In this document: piece after piece, positions 1-14,255 of the stretch
Numbering within the stretch: position 1 is the first letter of the stretch
Layout of the letters: each line of letters starts with the position of its first letter
Assembly: GCA_002633005.1 (NCBI GenBank)
Contig: NMRA01000903.1
Span: forward strand, 1 to 64,000
Direction of reading: 5' to 3'
DNA: 64,000 nucleotides
DNA from: Phoronis australis
Lineage: Eukaryota; Animalia; Phoronida
Position numbers and translations under genes: made by a program
The notes under the pieces: model-generated
Databases searched by the model: none
What the model was told of the DNA's origin: nothing
The model's input: the letters and a program-made list of their open reading frames with translations, nothing else

Positions 1-958
1 CCCAATCCCTCAAATTTGGGGCCCAATATCGGACCTATTCCCCTCTCAAAAGTATTGAAACATCACGCGAAATTCCCCCCACGAGGCATAAAAATTCCCC
101 TAGTGAAAAGTTCACGTCACCTGTAACCACGCAGGTGACCATTTTTAAGAGCACAAAAGGCTACTTTAAATTGAGACAGAGCCTGTGAGAGCTTGCAACA
201 GGGCGGGGGTGCTATTGATGGTGATCGGCAGGTAGATTGTTCCCGCTCTCACTCGGCGAAAAAATCGCCTCTCAGTAGGCACCTTTCCCCTCGGATGAAC
301 GAGGCCCTGCAGAAACTGATAACTATGATTGCATTGTCCAGTTAACTGAAATTGAGTTCTAAGGCGAGGTTATGTTTTGGACGAACGAATTAAGTGTTTT
401 AATTTTAAAATTCAACTTGGTCCAGATTGATATTTGAAATCTAACACATGAGATAGACGTAAGAATTATTACAACCAAGAATGGTCAAATAATTTTTATT
501 TTCAGTTATGAGCCTGGTTTCTTATTTTAATAAAAAATATTTAATAACATCAATTATTCTTTCAGATCAATGACAAATCAACTGTTAGTCCCAGTGAGTG
601 CATAGGATCAGGCTATGCTTGATGTTAATATTCTTGATCAACAAATTAAACCAGATGTGGCTAATCCACCACTGTCAACTTGTCAACAATACAAGCAGAT
701 GGCCTGGTGCGCGTAGAAAGTATTTTGCTCAACAATTTACAGTAAAAAAACGTAACCCTGAATTCAGCATAATACCTAATCCGTAACACTACGATCGCCT
801 CAATTTGGTCATGTTTACTTTTCATGTTTCGAACCTAGTTTTCCGAAAAAATTTAAATCCTTTCGTCAGACAACTCCTTCGCGCCTTAACTTGTTCTCTA
901 ATGTAATTTTCTACGTCTCTGTGGTTAATTGTCGACACATCATTAAAATTTAATATCN

Positions 959-2837
959 AGTGCCGACCTCAACACCTACCGTCTTTCTACCTGCAATAAG
1001 CACCACTGCCGTCTTCTATACTGGGAATTTCCGCGGATAGACTCACCCGATGAAACGCTCATGCCCGTGGGCATTTATTTGGTTTTGTACTTCGGGTTTC
1101 AAGCGTCAGACATTGGGACGCTTATTTCGAAAATTGCAAGAGATGCAAATAGGTCCTAGGATACATCGTCAAGGTTTGAAGTAGTCAATGATGAACGGAT
1201 CAAATTTAGTTGCGCATGTAAGTCTTTTGAATGTACTTGGCAACCTCAAGTGTCTTAGGGCCAACTGAGCTGCGAAACGAGATGCTGACATTGTAGAGGC
1301 TTACAAGCTCATTGACACAGAAGTTGACAAAGTGCAAGCGTTGGGAACAAGCATCGAAGATATCTGGGTAGAATGGTTCCAAGACGAGCAAACCATTGGA
1401 TCCCATATACAGATTCATCGGCAGTCTAGGCAACAGAAGGATAGGACTTACGTATGAGTAACCACTGGAGATTAAAAAGTGTCTAGAGAGGTTTTCAATT
1501 CAAATTTTTTGCATAGTACACTTTAGGTCTCGCGACGGACCAGGCCAGCTTGATTTGTGTAGATAGTGAGTTTCAGTGTACTTCTGGTCCCTCGGTGAAC
1601 TAGTCTTGTGATTTTTTTTATCAAAGTGTGCTTTGTTAAACTATTTATTTCAGCCAGTGCTGTTTGGTCCCGCGACAGATTGACTATTTTTATAGGGATA
1701 ATAAGCACAGGTGTACTCTTGGTCTCGAGACGGACCAGGTCAGCCTTTTTATGTACTCTCAGTGTACATCTGGTCCCTCTGCAAACTGGTCCAGTATATC
1801 TTTTCATCACTGTGCACAGGATGTTTTGGTTTCGTGAAACTGTTTTCAGATGATTTGTTTCATGATACATTTGACGTTTTTCAATTGTTGTCAACGTNAG
1901 TGCCGACCTCAACACCTACCGTCTTTCTACCTGCAATAAGCACCACTGCCGTCTTCTATACTGGGAATTTCCGCAGAAAGACTCACCCGATGAAACGCTC
2001 ATGCCCGTGGGCATTTATTTGGTGTTTGTACTTCGGGTTTCAAGCGTCAGACATTGGGACGCTTATTTCGAAAATTGCAAGAGATGCAAATAGGTCCTAG
2101 GATACATCGTCAAGGTTTGAAGTAGTCAATGATGAACGGATCAAATTTAATTGCGCATGTAAGTCTTTTGAATGTACTTGGCAACCTCAAGTGTCTTAGG
2201 GCCAACTGAGCTGCGAAACGAGATGCTGACATTGTAGAGGCTTACAAGCTCATTGACACAGAAATTGACAAAGTGCAAGCGTTGGGAACAAGCATCGAAG
2301 ATATCTGGGTAGAATGGTTCCAAGACTTGCAAATCATTGGATCCAATATACAAATTCATCGGCAGTCTAGGCAACAGAAGGATAGGACTTACGTATGAGT
2401 AACCACTGGGGATTAAAAAGTGTCTAGAGAGGTTTTCAATTCAAATTTTTTTGCATAGTACATTTTAGGTCTCGCGACGGACCAGGCCAGCTTGATTTGT
2501 GCAGATATTGAGTTTCAGTGTACTTCTGGTCCCTCGGCGAACTAGTCTTGTGATTTTTTACCAAAGTGTGCTTTGTAAAATTATTTATTTCAGCCAGTGC
2601 TGTTTGGTCCCGCGACAGATCGACTATTTTTATAGGGATAATAAGCACAGGTGTACTCTTGGTCTCGTGACGGACCAGGTCAGCCTTTTTATGTACTCTC
2701 AGTGTACATCTGGTCCCTCTGCAAACTGGTCCAGTATATCTTTTCACCACTGTGCACAGGGTGTTTTGGTTTCGTGAAACTGTTTTCAGATGATTTGTTT
2801 CATGATACATTTGACGTTTTTCAATTGTTGTCAACGT
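959..2837. repeat. Near-identical ~939 bp direct duplication (959-1897 / 1899-2837), probably an uncollapsed haplotype
   Basis: Both copies begin AGTGCCGACCTCAACACC right after an N (958, 1898) and end TTGTCAACGT, with scattered SNPs and small indels. Confidence 0.85.
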
Positions 2838-3720
2838 GATTCAGCTTAATAAAGTGATACCTAATTATTTATTGTCGCTTTTAATAATAGACTATGAGCT
2901 GAGAGCACCATCGTTCGCCAGTTTTTCTCGTAACGAGACAGAACACATGTTTTTTCCGGACTGACAGTGAAGGTCTTCGTTCTTAAACAACTTGAGGCTG
3001 CTGGTACGCGATCATCTGATATTCAAGTTTTTACGGCTCGTCGGTGGTCCTTATACTCTTGAATATTTGGAAGTTGTCTAAACCCCTGTATACAAACCAC
3101 ACTTTTTCGTATACGACTTTTCGTATGCTAAAAAAGGTGTGTGTAAGCAGATGTTCCAACAAAAATTTTTGCTGATGGCGTGACTCATACCCAGATGTGC
3201 ACAATATGGTTTCACGAAACTTATGAGCCAAGTTCATGTGACGAAATCGATAAGGGTTTTAAATTATCATAAGAAAAACTCCAGAGACATGTTAAGTGCA
3301 AGAAACATACCAGGATGCATGGAAATTTCACTATTTGGCTACAAAAACGAAAAATTTCTTACACTAGGTTTNAGATCCGCCACTGTTCTTGATGGACCAG
3401 GTAAAGATATTGACTCTCAGTGTACGTCTGGTCCCTTGGCAAACTGGTCTTGTGAAATGCTTTTACCACTGTGTGCTTTATAATTTTTTTTACCTCAGTC
3501 AATACTTTTTGGTCCCGAGACAGGTCGATTTTTGTAGGGATAATAACCACAAATATACTTTTGGTCTCGTGACGGACCAGGCTAGCTTCTTGTATAGATA
3601 TTTACTCTCAGTGTACATCTGATCCATCGGCGAATTGGTCATTTCTACCTTTTCAGCACGGTGATAGATCAGTGAAAATATTTTCGGATATAGTTGACGT
3701 TTTTCAATTGTTGCGACATA
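1520..3720. repeat. Dispersed repeat built of TGGTCYC / GGTCTCGNGACGGACCAGG sub-repeats (copies ~1520-1897, ~2460-2837, diverged copy ~3390-3720)
   Basis: The motifs TGGTCCC and GGTCTCG(C/A/T)GACGGACCAGG recur every ~50-90 bp. All three copies end near TTGACGTTTTTCAATTGTTG. Confidence 0.6.
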
Positions 3721-5349
3721 CGGTAGCAGTGGCAGACTTAGGGGGGAGGGGGCCAAGCGGGCCATGCCCCCCCCTAAACCTTTCCCAGATACCATTTGGT
3801 AGTTCGCGGTGGGAATTTCTGACTACCATATGCGCTCACCCAGGGGGGGCTCGGGGGCAGAATGCACTATGCATACATGTAGGCATTGAACAAACACCTC
3901 GTGCAAGGTGCAGCGCATGCTCGTATAGTCATTATGGGGAGTTAGGCATTCTGGAATCCAACCTGTACCGTTTCAGCGCACATAATAAGGATCATGCACT
4001 TGGAGGCATATCAAATTATCACCTCTTAAACACGGAAATTAAGCTAACAGGGGAACATCGCCCAGCAGGCTCAGGGCAAGCCACTGGCTCGCGGCCGACG
4101 GCCGTTGCTAATCATAACCAAAATTTGTCTTTGTAGGCATTTTCCCGGTGATTTTTCAAACGAGATATTCATCTTTTTGAAGGCCAAAGAGCTACACATC
4201 TGTGCATTTTTATTGATAAAACCATCAAGTAACTGCTAAATATCCTTCCGGGGCTGTCACCCACCGTTTAGTCCCGAAATTACCGGTAAACCTCATTCAC
4301 TCTATTTTTTCATTTTAGGATGAGCTAAGTAGGTCGAAAATAGAACTATTTTTAATGAATTCTTCTAAAAGGGTTCCAAAATCCTTACATAATAAGTCAA
4401 GTAAACAAATTTGATCACAAATCTCGTTTAAAATTTACTATTGCCTCAGTAACGCCGTACGCAAATGTGCTCGTGCGAACGTAGTGTTCTCGAAGCGACA
4501 AAACACGTGTCCTGTCATGTATGTTAATGTGACCGGACGAGGGCAGAGATTTAATTAAACGCAATTAAACGTTCATACGGTAACTATTGATTTGTTTTGT
4601 TGTCCCAAATAATGGTACTTAATTGGTTTCATATTCTATTTAGTGACTGAAAATATAAGATGGCCTTCAGCTAATGTTTCATGCAAAGGCTCTTTACTGG
4701 TAAAGTATCTTGGGTTCATATTTATTCTGAGTACTTCGAGAGCCTTTAGTTCTGATTTTTATCTTCTTTTGTAGGCTATTATGTCCCGTCCATTTCTTCT
4801 GAGATCCAAGACAATCTGATAGCAATGGAGATGTATTTCCATTTCCTTTTATTAATATCATCTGTGTATGTAACATTTGTCGACACAGCAGGCTTTGCCT
4901 GATTTATTGCAGACGTATTCCAGTTTTGAGGCATTCAGACTAATAACAACTTTTTCAAAATTGAGGTGGTCTAGTAGCAGTTAATACATGTGGCTCAAAG
5001 GGTTACGCATCATTTAAAAGCCAAAACAGGTTAAACGAAGACAACGGCATTGTTTTGTAAGTCTGCAACAAAAACGCCTGCAGTCAGCAGATTTCTCGAG
5101 GTTTTTGTTAATTTAGTACGCGTCTTTGAAACATAACATGACCTCTGATAATTCGGACAAGGATGTGATGCTGGATGGCGTAATTCTGCGCGGTCTGACC
5201 TTCAATAAATAAACTACCGTGTTGGTACCACACCGTAGGATTGTGGGAAACACAACAGTTGATCACGTGTATAAACGCGGTATTTAAGAGACATGGAACG
5301 CGAAAGCTCGTCAAAAATACCTTTTAAACAATTCTTGACGAAATTACCA

Positions 5350-5520
5350 TCTCGCAACGTCTAATGCAGGACAATTCACTTTTCCATATGAGCAAATTTC
5401 CAAAAAAAATCACAAATTTCACGCATTTTGAAACACGTGCGAAGGAAAACTCTGTGGTTACAACCGAATTTCTAATCTTCCTCCCACTTATGATAAATGC
5501 GCGCATGCGCTCAGTCAGTT
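5350..5520 (+). repeat. Interspersed repeat, homologous to ~61145-61297
   Basis: Shared block CACTTAT(G/T)ATAAATGCGCGCATGCGCTCAGTCA, with upstream similarity (ATTCACTT...AATTTCCA.AAAAA). Confidence 0.6.
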
Positions 5521-7741
5521 GTTTGAAGTTGCTTGAGGTCAAAGGTGTTACGTTTATGTCTTGCCATACCCAATATGGAGACAAGCTTTGCCTTGTGGGA
5601 GAAAAATCGACGAAGTGGCGAGCAAATGACAGGTTGAATTCTGTTTCAGTGGCAGAGAATCACTTCCAATATTGCAATTTAGTTTCTTTATCGCGTTCCA
5701 GGCCCTTTTAAAAGATTGACTGTTTACGCTCATCAGCTCAAGGATTAACCGAAATTTGGGGTTTTGTATATGAAACAGGAAATTACATGTATTATGTTGA
5801 AGTAATTGATTGTCATTAAGCATGCAAAGTACGGCTACCACAAAACAAGAAAACAGCTTTATGAAGGTTAGATGGGTAAATTTTCTAAGTATAAGCGCCC
5901 TTCCAAAATACTAATGGCAACTGATTCAGAATCAATTTTCACGTGCAGCCTTCAAAGTCAATTTAAATTTCAGTGCTCGAAAATCAGAACTTCATGTCGC
6001 ATTATCCCAACCACGAACTATCCAATCAGGGGTTGCGACTCCTATTGGCGGTGAATCGACAGTGTCAACATCTGTAAGTGGATCTCCTGGAATGACAGAA
6101 GCGTGCCATTTAAAGAATCATTTAATTTCAGACATAGTTCCCAGCGCCATATTACGCAAAGTATTGCATTCAGGATAAACGTATACGAAGCCAAGCACCA
6201 GCAAAAAACTGAAATTCTCCACAATGAGAGTTATTCTTTACATGAACTTGCAATGTTACATGTAAGCAAATCACATACACACGTAATAATATGACGTCAT
6301 GCAGTGTAAGCACAGTCACCGAGACGTTGGTGATATGGTTATACCGCTGGCATCAACCAAACGTACATGTACATAAAACCTTTGCAACAACAAACAATGC
6401 ACACAAAGTCAATTCGAAAATCACTCGCTGACGTAAATGAGGCAAGGGTCTTTTCGGTAAAAATGCCTGCATCCAGGTGATGTCTTATCATACGAAAGTC
6501 CCCTGGTGATGAACTGTCATGCATTCCGTAGACTCAATACAGTAGCAAAATACTAGCAGCACAATGGTTGTCTTATGGAACAAAAGGATAAAACTTTATC
6601 CCATAATCCATCAGTTGTCTGACCTCATGGACGAATAAGTTCTGTAGCCGCCATATTGCTATGGTGGACTAAAAGTGTTCCAAAATATCAGCAACACACA
6701 TGCCTGGCTGGCATTGCGCGGTTTTTAGAAATCTCGTTTTTTGGCGGGATTCCTACGGGACACAGCCCGTGTGTGCATGCAAGCAAGAAAAGCATTAGGC
6801 CTACTGGCGAATCAGGCCCGCATTATCGGTAGCTTTACTCGCGAGTGTCTTGTGTGAACGTCAGGTCTTTGACACTGCGTCATGCTCCCAATCGAGCATC
6901 GAATCACGTGAGCCACGTAATGGACTCCATGTTGCATTTTCAGCCAGAGAGTGCTTACCTATGACATAATCACCCGCGTGGGACATAACAGGCGACTGAA
7001 TTTGCAGAGATGGAGCGCTGTATTGAGCTGAAAAGAACAATAACTTTACCTAGATGACCCATCAGTTTCAGACTACATTTAACCCTTCCTAATGGTAGGT
7101 GAAATACCACTAAGCCAGTTTTTATTTACTTTTCGGATCAGTTATTTGACAAAGTGTCCTTGGCAGGGATATTCGTGGACTGCGTTTTTGCAAAACACAA
7201 GGATCTAGTCGAATTACAGCCAGTATCCGGGTAAAACATGAATCTTTTCTTATTTCTATTGCTCTTAGAATTTCTGTTTCTGTACCACTTTAATTACAGT
7301 ACGTAAGTCAGATGGGCACAAAAACCTTTTGAAAAAAGGCACATTTTTATCATCAGGTGCTCCCCAAAAAGCATAAGTTCAAACACGGTCAGGACTATCC
7401 CTGCCTTGGCTTTGACGTCACCGAAATAGCAACAAGCACAATTTTCAAATCCGAAGCTAATTAATAATGGCTGAACCAAGAGTACATTTTTTGATTTGTG
7501 ACCCAGTTCATTGTTTCGATAAGTTATCTGTCAGTTAAAAATATATTGAGCGATCAAGTTCTACATGAAGTAAATGAATCAACCAACTGGTCTTGAATAT
7601 CCGAAGAAATGACTTGACCATTATCATGTGGCCCCACATTCGGAATGAAGGATTGTGGGACATTATTTTCTGCCAATATGTGCTGCAGTATGTGTCAATG
7701 TTTTCGCTCCAGCAACGTTTCGAAAGGATATGATTGCATGT

Positions 7742-10700
7742 TCAAACAAGCTGCATTTTACTAGATGGCCTACCGGCGCGCAGTTGCTCTATCACTGTAG
7801 TCTGCTCTTCCACTGTCTCGTATGCCATCGAAAGCGCCATTTGCAACTCCTCTATTTTGCGCTCCTGGTATCTGTATTTACCTACGGCTTCATCTGTAAA
7901 AGAACATCTTGTGAGATTGATAACGTCCTTGCAACTGAAACACCTAACCGATGGTCTCCATGTATTTAAAATTACGTGTGTAAAGGTTGATAACGAGCAT
8001 GTTCGTTTCTTTTGTGATAAATTTCATGTTTTCAAAGAGGGCTTGGCACGTCAGCAATGTTACAGACTAGCCCTATTTTATAACATATCCAGTCAGCTCG
8101 TTTGTTTCGGTTTTTTCGTGTTAAACCTCTCATTTCCAACAATTCTAAGGTAACTGGTAGTTCTCCCTACCATTACTGGCAGATCCCAACGCCAAACGTC
8201 CCGGAGAGCTCTGCAGTGAGCGTTTTGACAAGGAGTCCACATCAAAACTCTTCTCAACAAGTTTGAATCGCAGATCTCCTGCAAAGTCCACATGTTAAAT
8301 GTCAATAAACTTGCAGAAAAGATATTTTTCTGTCATTTCCTTTACAATAGCAAGTAGTTCAGCATTAATCCCAAGTTTACCCTACATGTACCTGTAGCTG
8401 AAAGACAGTTATACTTTCACTTAGAGTACTTCAACCTTCCTCATTTCAAAAAAACAATCGAACAAAATTAACGAGGTATGTTAATTTCAGATGGCGTTAA
8501 TTGAGTGTGACTGGAAATAGTATATCCTCTTCAGTATGCTCTTAAAGAGGTTTCGTTTCAGCCAATCCCCATTGTCCTGTTTATCATTCAAAATACGCAA
8601 TTTCGCCCTATTTTTTAAACTCACGCGTTGTTTCCCGCCAAGCGTCTATCTCCCTGTCCAAATCTTCTTGATGATTTTGAAAAACCTCCATCTCTGACTT
8701 CAACTGACAATTTATACCATTCAATTCCACTACCATCTCCATGCACTTTCCAAGCTCCTCATTTTTTATGTTGATGACCCTCTGCAGCTCTGCGCAAGCG
8801 CTCTTGTGGCTTTCTGCCAACATGTTCATTTCTCGAGAACACAGCCTGCTTAGTTCAAGTTCTTCACGCAGGTCGCTGGCGTTGCGTTTCTGCGTTGCTA
8901 AATCATTTTGTAGTTGCTTGATCGTTTGGTTGTAACCTCGGATTACTAAATCGTTTGCCGTTGATTGATTATGATATGCCTTGTCATCCATCTGGACAAT
9001 CCACTCTTTTTGACAATATAGAAGTGTATCGTTCATTTCTGTTTCAATGATCTGTTCAGGTCCATTCACATCCAAATCTTCATACAACCTATTCTTTTTC
9101 TGACACAACTTTTCCTGCCCACTGTTCATATTTCTTATCTCCTCTAAAAATATCCGCAATTATTAACACTCTACTAATGTTAGTTACGGTACGGTGTTCC
9201 AGTGATCCACATGTGTATACACTAAATGATTAGAATACCGTAAAACAATCGTGAAAAATCCCTTCATTTGGAGCTGCTTACAACTATTTTTATGCCTCTA
9301 CTGGAACCATCGTTCCTCAAAGTAATTATACTTCATTTCCTGCAAACTAGATTGGCTGTTAGTTAGTCAGTTTGACATGAAAAAAATCCTTCGATACTAA
9401 CAACGGTCCTTTATGCTTCCAAAACTTGTTCACCTGTTTACTTCACTATCTCTAACCCCAAGGAAAACAACGACTCTTTTACAAAAGCTTTTCTTTAATT
9501 TTAATTTTATTTGGAAAGGAAGCAACCACAGATATAAAAGGAACGCATTAATAAAAGAATTTTCAAAAAGAGGTTGCGACATGATTCGTGTTTATTCCTT
9601 TACTTAATCTCTGAAGCTGTCATGGGCACAGACATTTATTACAGATAATGATGAAATATGGATTCGTATTTTGAAACTAAATATACCTTTTACTGCTTGC
9701 AACTTCTTACGTTTTGGTGAAAATTTTTATGAACATTGTGAAAAAGCATGACAAACAAGTTCTGGAGAGAAGTATTTACTCATACTTATGAATAGTTTTG
9801 TTTACATCCCACCGAGGATAAAAATCGTATATATGACCCACTTTGGCATATTTCGAACAATGTTTTCAGCGACAAACATGTTTTCATTAATTAAAGACTG
9901 GCATTGAAAAGGTATTTCATATATATTTGACCTTCCTGATGGTAAGGGTAAATTGATGTCATATCAAAAATTCTGTACAGCGTTTAATTTCTCATGAAGA
10001 AAATCAGTATAAAAATTGCTCAATTGCTCTCTGAACGACCAATAAACTACACTTTCCTCACTATTTATAACAATTAACATGAAAAGGAATATGTAAATAA
10101 AGACATCTATAGTGTGCTTGTTAAAAAGCTTCAAAGAAAACTTATTCTAGAACGTAAGTGAGGGTTAAAATTGAATTTTAATTTAACAATGACGGATAAA
10201 GAAAGACACACACGGGCTCTGTTAGTTTTACAAATGATTTTAAGTTGAATTTGTTCCAGTGTAGGATTACTCACAGAATGATTAGTACGAACGATTTCTT
10301 TATAAATTAGGATATTGTGTTCAAACAAGTGTACTTTTGTAAAAAGGAGTCATAGGTTTTAATCAACCTATTTTGGTATTGTGATGTAATGGTCTTTTTG
10401 GGATTCCTTTCAAAATTGGATTTTAGATGAAACAGGAATAGCGTTAAATTAACATGTAATTTTTATAAACATATTTTTGGAAAAGATGGAGAAAATGTCG
10501 ATCTTTTGATTTGCCTGGCAAAATTACACATCACAACATGCGTTTAAGAAAAATAACCCCATGTTTGCATTTGCTTAAAGAAGAAAATTGGGAATATTTA
10601 TTTTGTAATTATTATATTTTCAAAAAATGATAGATGAACCCCTTTGTTTTTCTACTGACCATTGACTGATCCTTAGTGTGAGTGTGGCGTGTAGGTGGGT

Positions 10701-13700
10701 GGGTGTGAGCTAAACTTCTTGACTTGTACATGAATTATTATTCTTGTATTGCGCTAATAAATGTAGTGTTGACATAAAAACGGTACTTTTCACCCTCCGC
10801 TTATTTCACATTCGAACCACTCAGGAGCATAGTGGGATGGATCAAAACTCAAAAATGCATGTGTGTTGTTTTTCAAGTGGTTGATAGGTCGTGAACTGAC
10901 TTAGATACAAATGTTATAAGACACTCTTCAGTCGCAATAAATGTCATGTACTTGTGCAGATGAATTGATAGGTGAGTTTGACTAACATACACCTCAGCCA
11001 TACGCGCGATATATTTCTTACCATCATTATCTCCCCCTGTCATTACTCCCGGAGAAGAGTGGAACAAACGGTGGGGCATCCACTTGATATTTAATCGGCT
11101 TCTCTTAAGTTTCATTAGAAAGTCTCCTGTAAAGAATGATTCCTTAAAATTAATGTATTTGTAAATTGATTATTATGTAATCGTTAAAAAACTATCAATG
11201 TCAAGTCAAATACAAAATGGCAAACTACCTGTATAACATAAAATAATTAACGTGTAGTAGGCATGGTTGATAGTCTCAATTTAAAATGAACTGAAATCTG
11301 GTGGGAATTTATTTACGTTTTCCAATCCTAATCTCAATGCTGTCCTCCTTACTTACGTGCTGTCTCTTGCCAAATCTTAAGCTCTCGTCTCAACCCGCCA
11401 CCTGTATCCTGAAGAAATTCTATCTCTGATTTTAGTTGGGAGTTTTCTTCTGTCACCTCCCTAATCACCTGCACGCACTTCCGTGTTGAGTCATTGCTAT
11501 TATCACCGGCTTGATGCAATTCTGCGCATGCGGCTTTGTGGTCCTCTACGGTATCGTCCACTTCTCGAGAAAGCAACCTGCTGATGTCAAGACTTTCACA
11601 GACGCCTGCTGAGTTGCGCATCGGTTTAGTAAGTTCACTTTGGAGCCGCTTCATTTCCATGCATCTTTGAACTAGAAATGTGTTCGTTTGTATCTGGTCT
11701 AAGTCTTCGTATCTCTGATTTTCTTGGATCGCTATCCCTTTTTGCAATATTTGAAGCTCCTCCATAATTGGACTCCTTCTATAATTGTTGTTTTTTAGTT
11801 CCGCTACAATCGCTTGTAACTCCTCAAATTCAGCATAACTGTCCAATTCTTTATTCAACGAACAAAGATACATCCTAGTCAACGTTATCTTATAGAAAGC
11901 AGCAAGTTTCGCTTGTTCGAAAGCACTGCAAGACAAAACCAACTCGCTCAAGGCGTATTTTACCATTACATGATCAAAGCGCTGCTTCTCTGCTGTCAGT
12001 TTTACCTCAAAATTAGGGAACAAATGGGATAACAACTCTTCAAAGGATGTGGCAGAAGTATTTAAATGATCTGCAATCTTATTTAGTTTTCGACATTTAT
12101 TCGTAAGTTCTGTTTGCAAGTCTTTTAGCTGTTGCCAATATGCAGTCTCGTCTTCACGCTTCTTGTTAGAGAAGACCAGGGCATCGAATTCTCGTCTCAG
12201 CAGGGCAAGCTTCGAGCTAAGCCGTGAACTAATGTCTTCGTACGCCCTCTGTATATCAGTTGAATCTACCGCTTGTTGCTCCAACGACCTCTGGAGCTGT
12301 GCTTTGTCCTTGTTAAGTTTGTTGATAGTACGGTTAGCTTCATCTAGTGCAGCGCGAAATACGCTCTTTTCTGAGGCTAATTCGGAGTTAGTGTCAACCA
12401 CCTGTCGTATTAAAACACTGACAGCGTCCTCCTCGTTATAACTGAATTTCATAATGTGTGTTTCAAAATCCTCATTATTGTTGTTGGCTTCAAGTGTATT
12501 CAATCCAATACATCGCACGTTATTTTCTTTGAACCGTCGAACAGGTTGATGAATGCCTCCCTCTGGGGTCGTGTCATCTTTGCGTTCAACATGTTTTCCA
12601 CTTTTCACGTCTTCATCCTTTGTCAGAGAATCAGTATTTAGACGAAGCACGTCGATTTTCGAGCATTCAGGCTCATTCCTGTACAAATAGTCAGGGGTAA
12701 CGAAATTAACCTTAACTTCGTGTTTGTCTGTTCTGTTTGGTGACCCTACAATTATTTTATTGTTTGCACTCTGTTTGCATTTCTCATCATTCTTGTGGCA
12801 CACTTGAAAAGTTAAATTTTCAAACCTCTCGCTTGTAATTTTATCTCCTTGTTCCCCACTCAGCTGGAAGTCATCAGTTTGAACTTGAATCCCTACATCA
12901 CGTTTTGTCACGATAGGGACGTGAGAAGTTGTGTCGTCCGAGTTTGCACCGTAAATAATTTTCTTACTCATTAACTGAATATTTAGCATTTCGCATATTG
13001 CTGTTAAGTCCCGAACTCTGTTTTTCAACGTGATGATTTCATCGTTTTTCATTCGGTCAGTCTTTTGCAGCATTTCAATTTGGCATTCAGAGTCTAACTG
13101 TAGTTTATTCAGATCCACATTTAGCTTATCGATACAAGTTTTGAGAGAAATACACTCATTTTGTTTCTTTGCGAAGTTTGACGTTTCCTGAAGCAACGTT
13201 TTCTCCAAGCTGAATATCTTTCTTCTCCTGTAGTTCAGTTCCTGGTTCAATTTAATCACACGTCTCCTCAGCATATTAACAACTTCTGGAAATCTTGTAT
13301 CTTTTTGGCGTAAGAGCATTTCTAAGCGCCTGCACTTCTCTCTGGAAATGTCTCTAGCTATACTTAACTCATCTACCAGAGAAAATTGTCTCTTTAGACT
13401 GCTCATTAGAGATCTCATTCCTTCACCTTTTGTTAAAGACATTCTCCGGAAATTTATGCATGAACATTGTGGCCAAAGCGCTCTCGTGTGCCCTTCAGGG
13501 AGACTTACGTCATCTGGTATAGCAATATTGGAGAAATCTCCGTTTCCTCCTTGAAGAGTACAAAGCCTCTTACTTCCAATCCGACGGCGACATTTCGTTA
13601 AACATGTATTTTGGTATGTTCTCTCCGTTTCTTCTAGATCAGTTTCACAATTTTCACATTGGCCGAGTGAAACAGTAGTTTTGTTTTCTCCACTCTCTCC

Positions 13701-14021
13701 GTGGGTAAAAGATTGCATCAAATGTGAACTTTCGTCTGAGGTTTCTTTCTCAGAATAGTTGAAAACATGTTGATACCGTTTGTTGTCCTGTACTTTTGCG
13801 TAATTCCCTATGGCATTTAACTTAGTTCTGGTGTCATTTAAAAGATTCTTTACTCGCGAAAAATCGTCCAGCTTCTGGTGTCCCTGTACAGGACTGACCC
13901 CATGTCTCGGAAGCGATTGTCCATGCTCCTGAGTTTCAAGCAATTCACATTCGAAATTTAGTAGATCGTCGTTAAGAAAATTACTATTATCTTCGTTATC
14001 CTCATCCAAGTCGGCCAGCAT
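7742..14021 (-). CDS. Spliced coiled-coil protein of about 1,150 aa; proposed exons 14021-11357, 11126-11022, 9143-8625, 7893-7742
   Basis: The 890-codon ORF is rich in E/K/L/Q heptad-like stretches and ends at donor C|GTAAGT (11357). Downstream phase-1 exons have canonical sites: tttacag|GA..G|GTAAGA, tttttag|AG..C|GTGAGT, cttttacag|AT..TGA. No family recognised. Confidence 0.7.
8625..9143 (-). CDS. 519 bp exon that repeats the C-terminal part of the giant exon
   Basis: YEDLD...SRLCSRE...HKSACAEL...NCQLKSEME...REIDAWRET aligns with YEDLD...SRLLSRE...HKAACAEL...NSQLKSEIE...RELKIWQET, and the donor falls at the same position. Confidence 0.85.
9400..10765 (+). mobile_element. Decayed 3' fragment of an L1/Tx1-type LINE ORF2 inside an intron
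   Basis: LPKLVHLFTSL...FIWKG...KRNALIK resembles LPKIVHLLMLL...FIWDGK...KRGVLIK of the LINE at 54 kb. Many stops and frameshifts; AATAAA near 10756. Confidence 0.75.
11357..14021 (-). CDS. Giant 2,665 bp coding exon of the coiled-coil gene
   Basis: An uninterrupted 890-codon ORF in AT-rich DNA, with an ATG at 14021 and a GTAAGT donor at 11356-11351. Confidence 0.9.
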
Positions 14022-14255
14022 ATTTACACGAGTTCACACCGGATAAATTTCACTAATGCACGTAAACAAGACCACTGTTAAACACTGACAACGTGACACG
14101 TGATGATATGATTGCAATTTTGTAATCCATCGTCAAAATTGAAGAGTGACAGTCTTAGATCAGAAGGTTCTTATCACGCTACACGCATTTTTGAAAAACA
14201 ATAAAGTTCAAGGTCTTTGAAAACATATTCGTGCATAGACCGATTTAGGGGGGGN

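Noticed and set aside
1206-2834. Paired ORFs suggesting a duplicated gene cluster
   Set aside because: They are short, motif-free frames inside an N-joined duplication and a sub-repeat array.
12163-13554. Plus-strand ORFs overlapping the 890 aa ORF (also 8741-8935 and 7734-8153)
   Set aside because: They are antisense shadows of the minus-strand coding exons.
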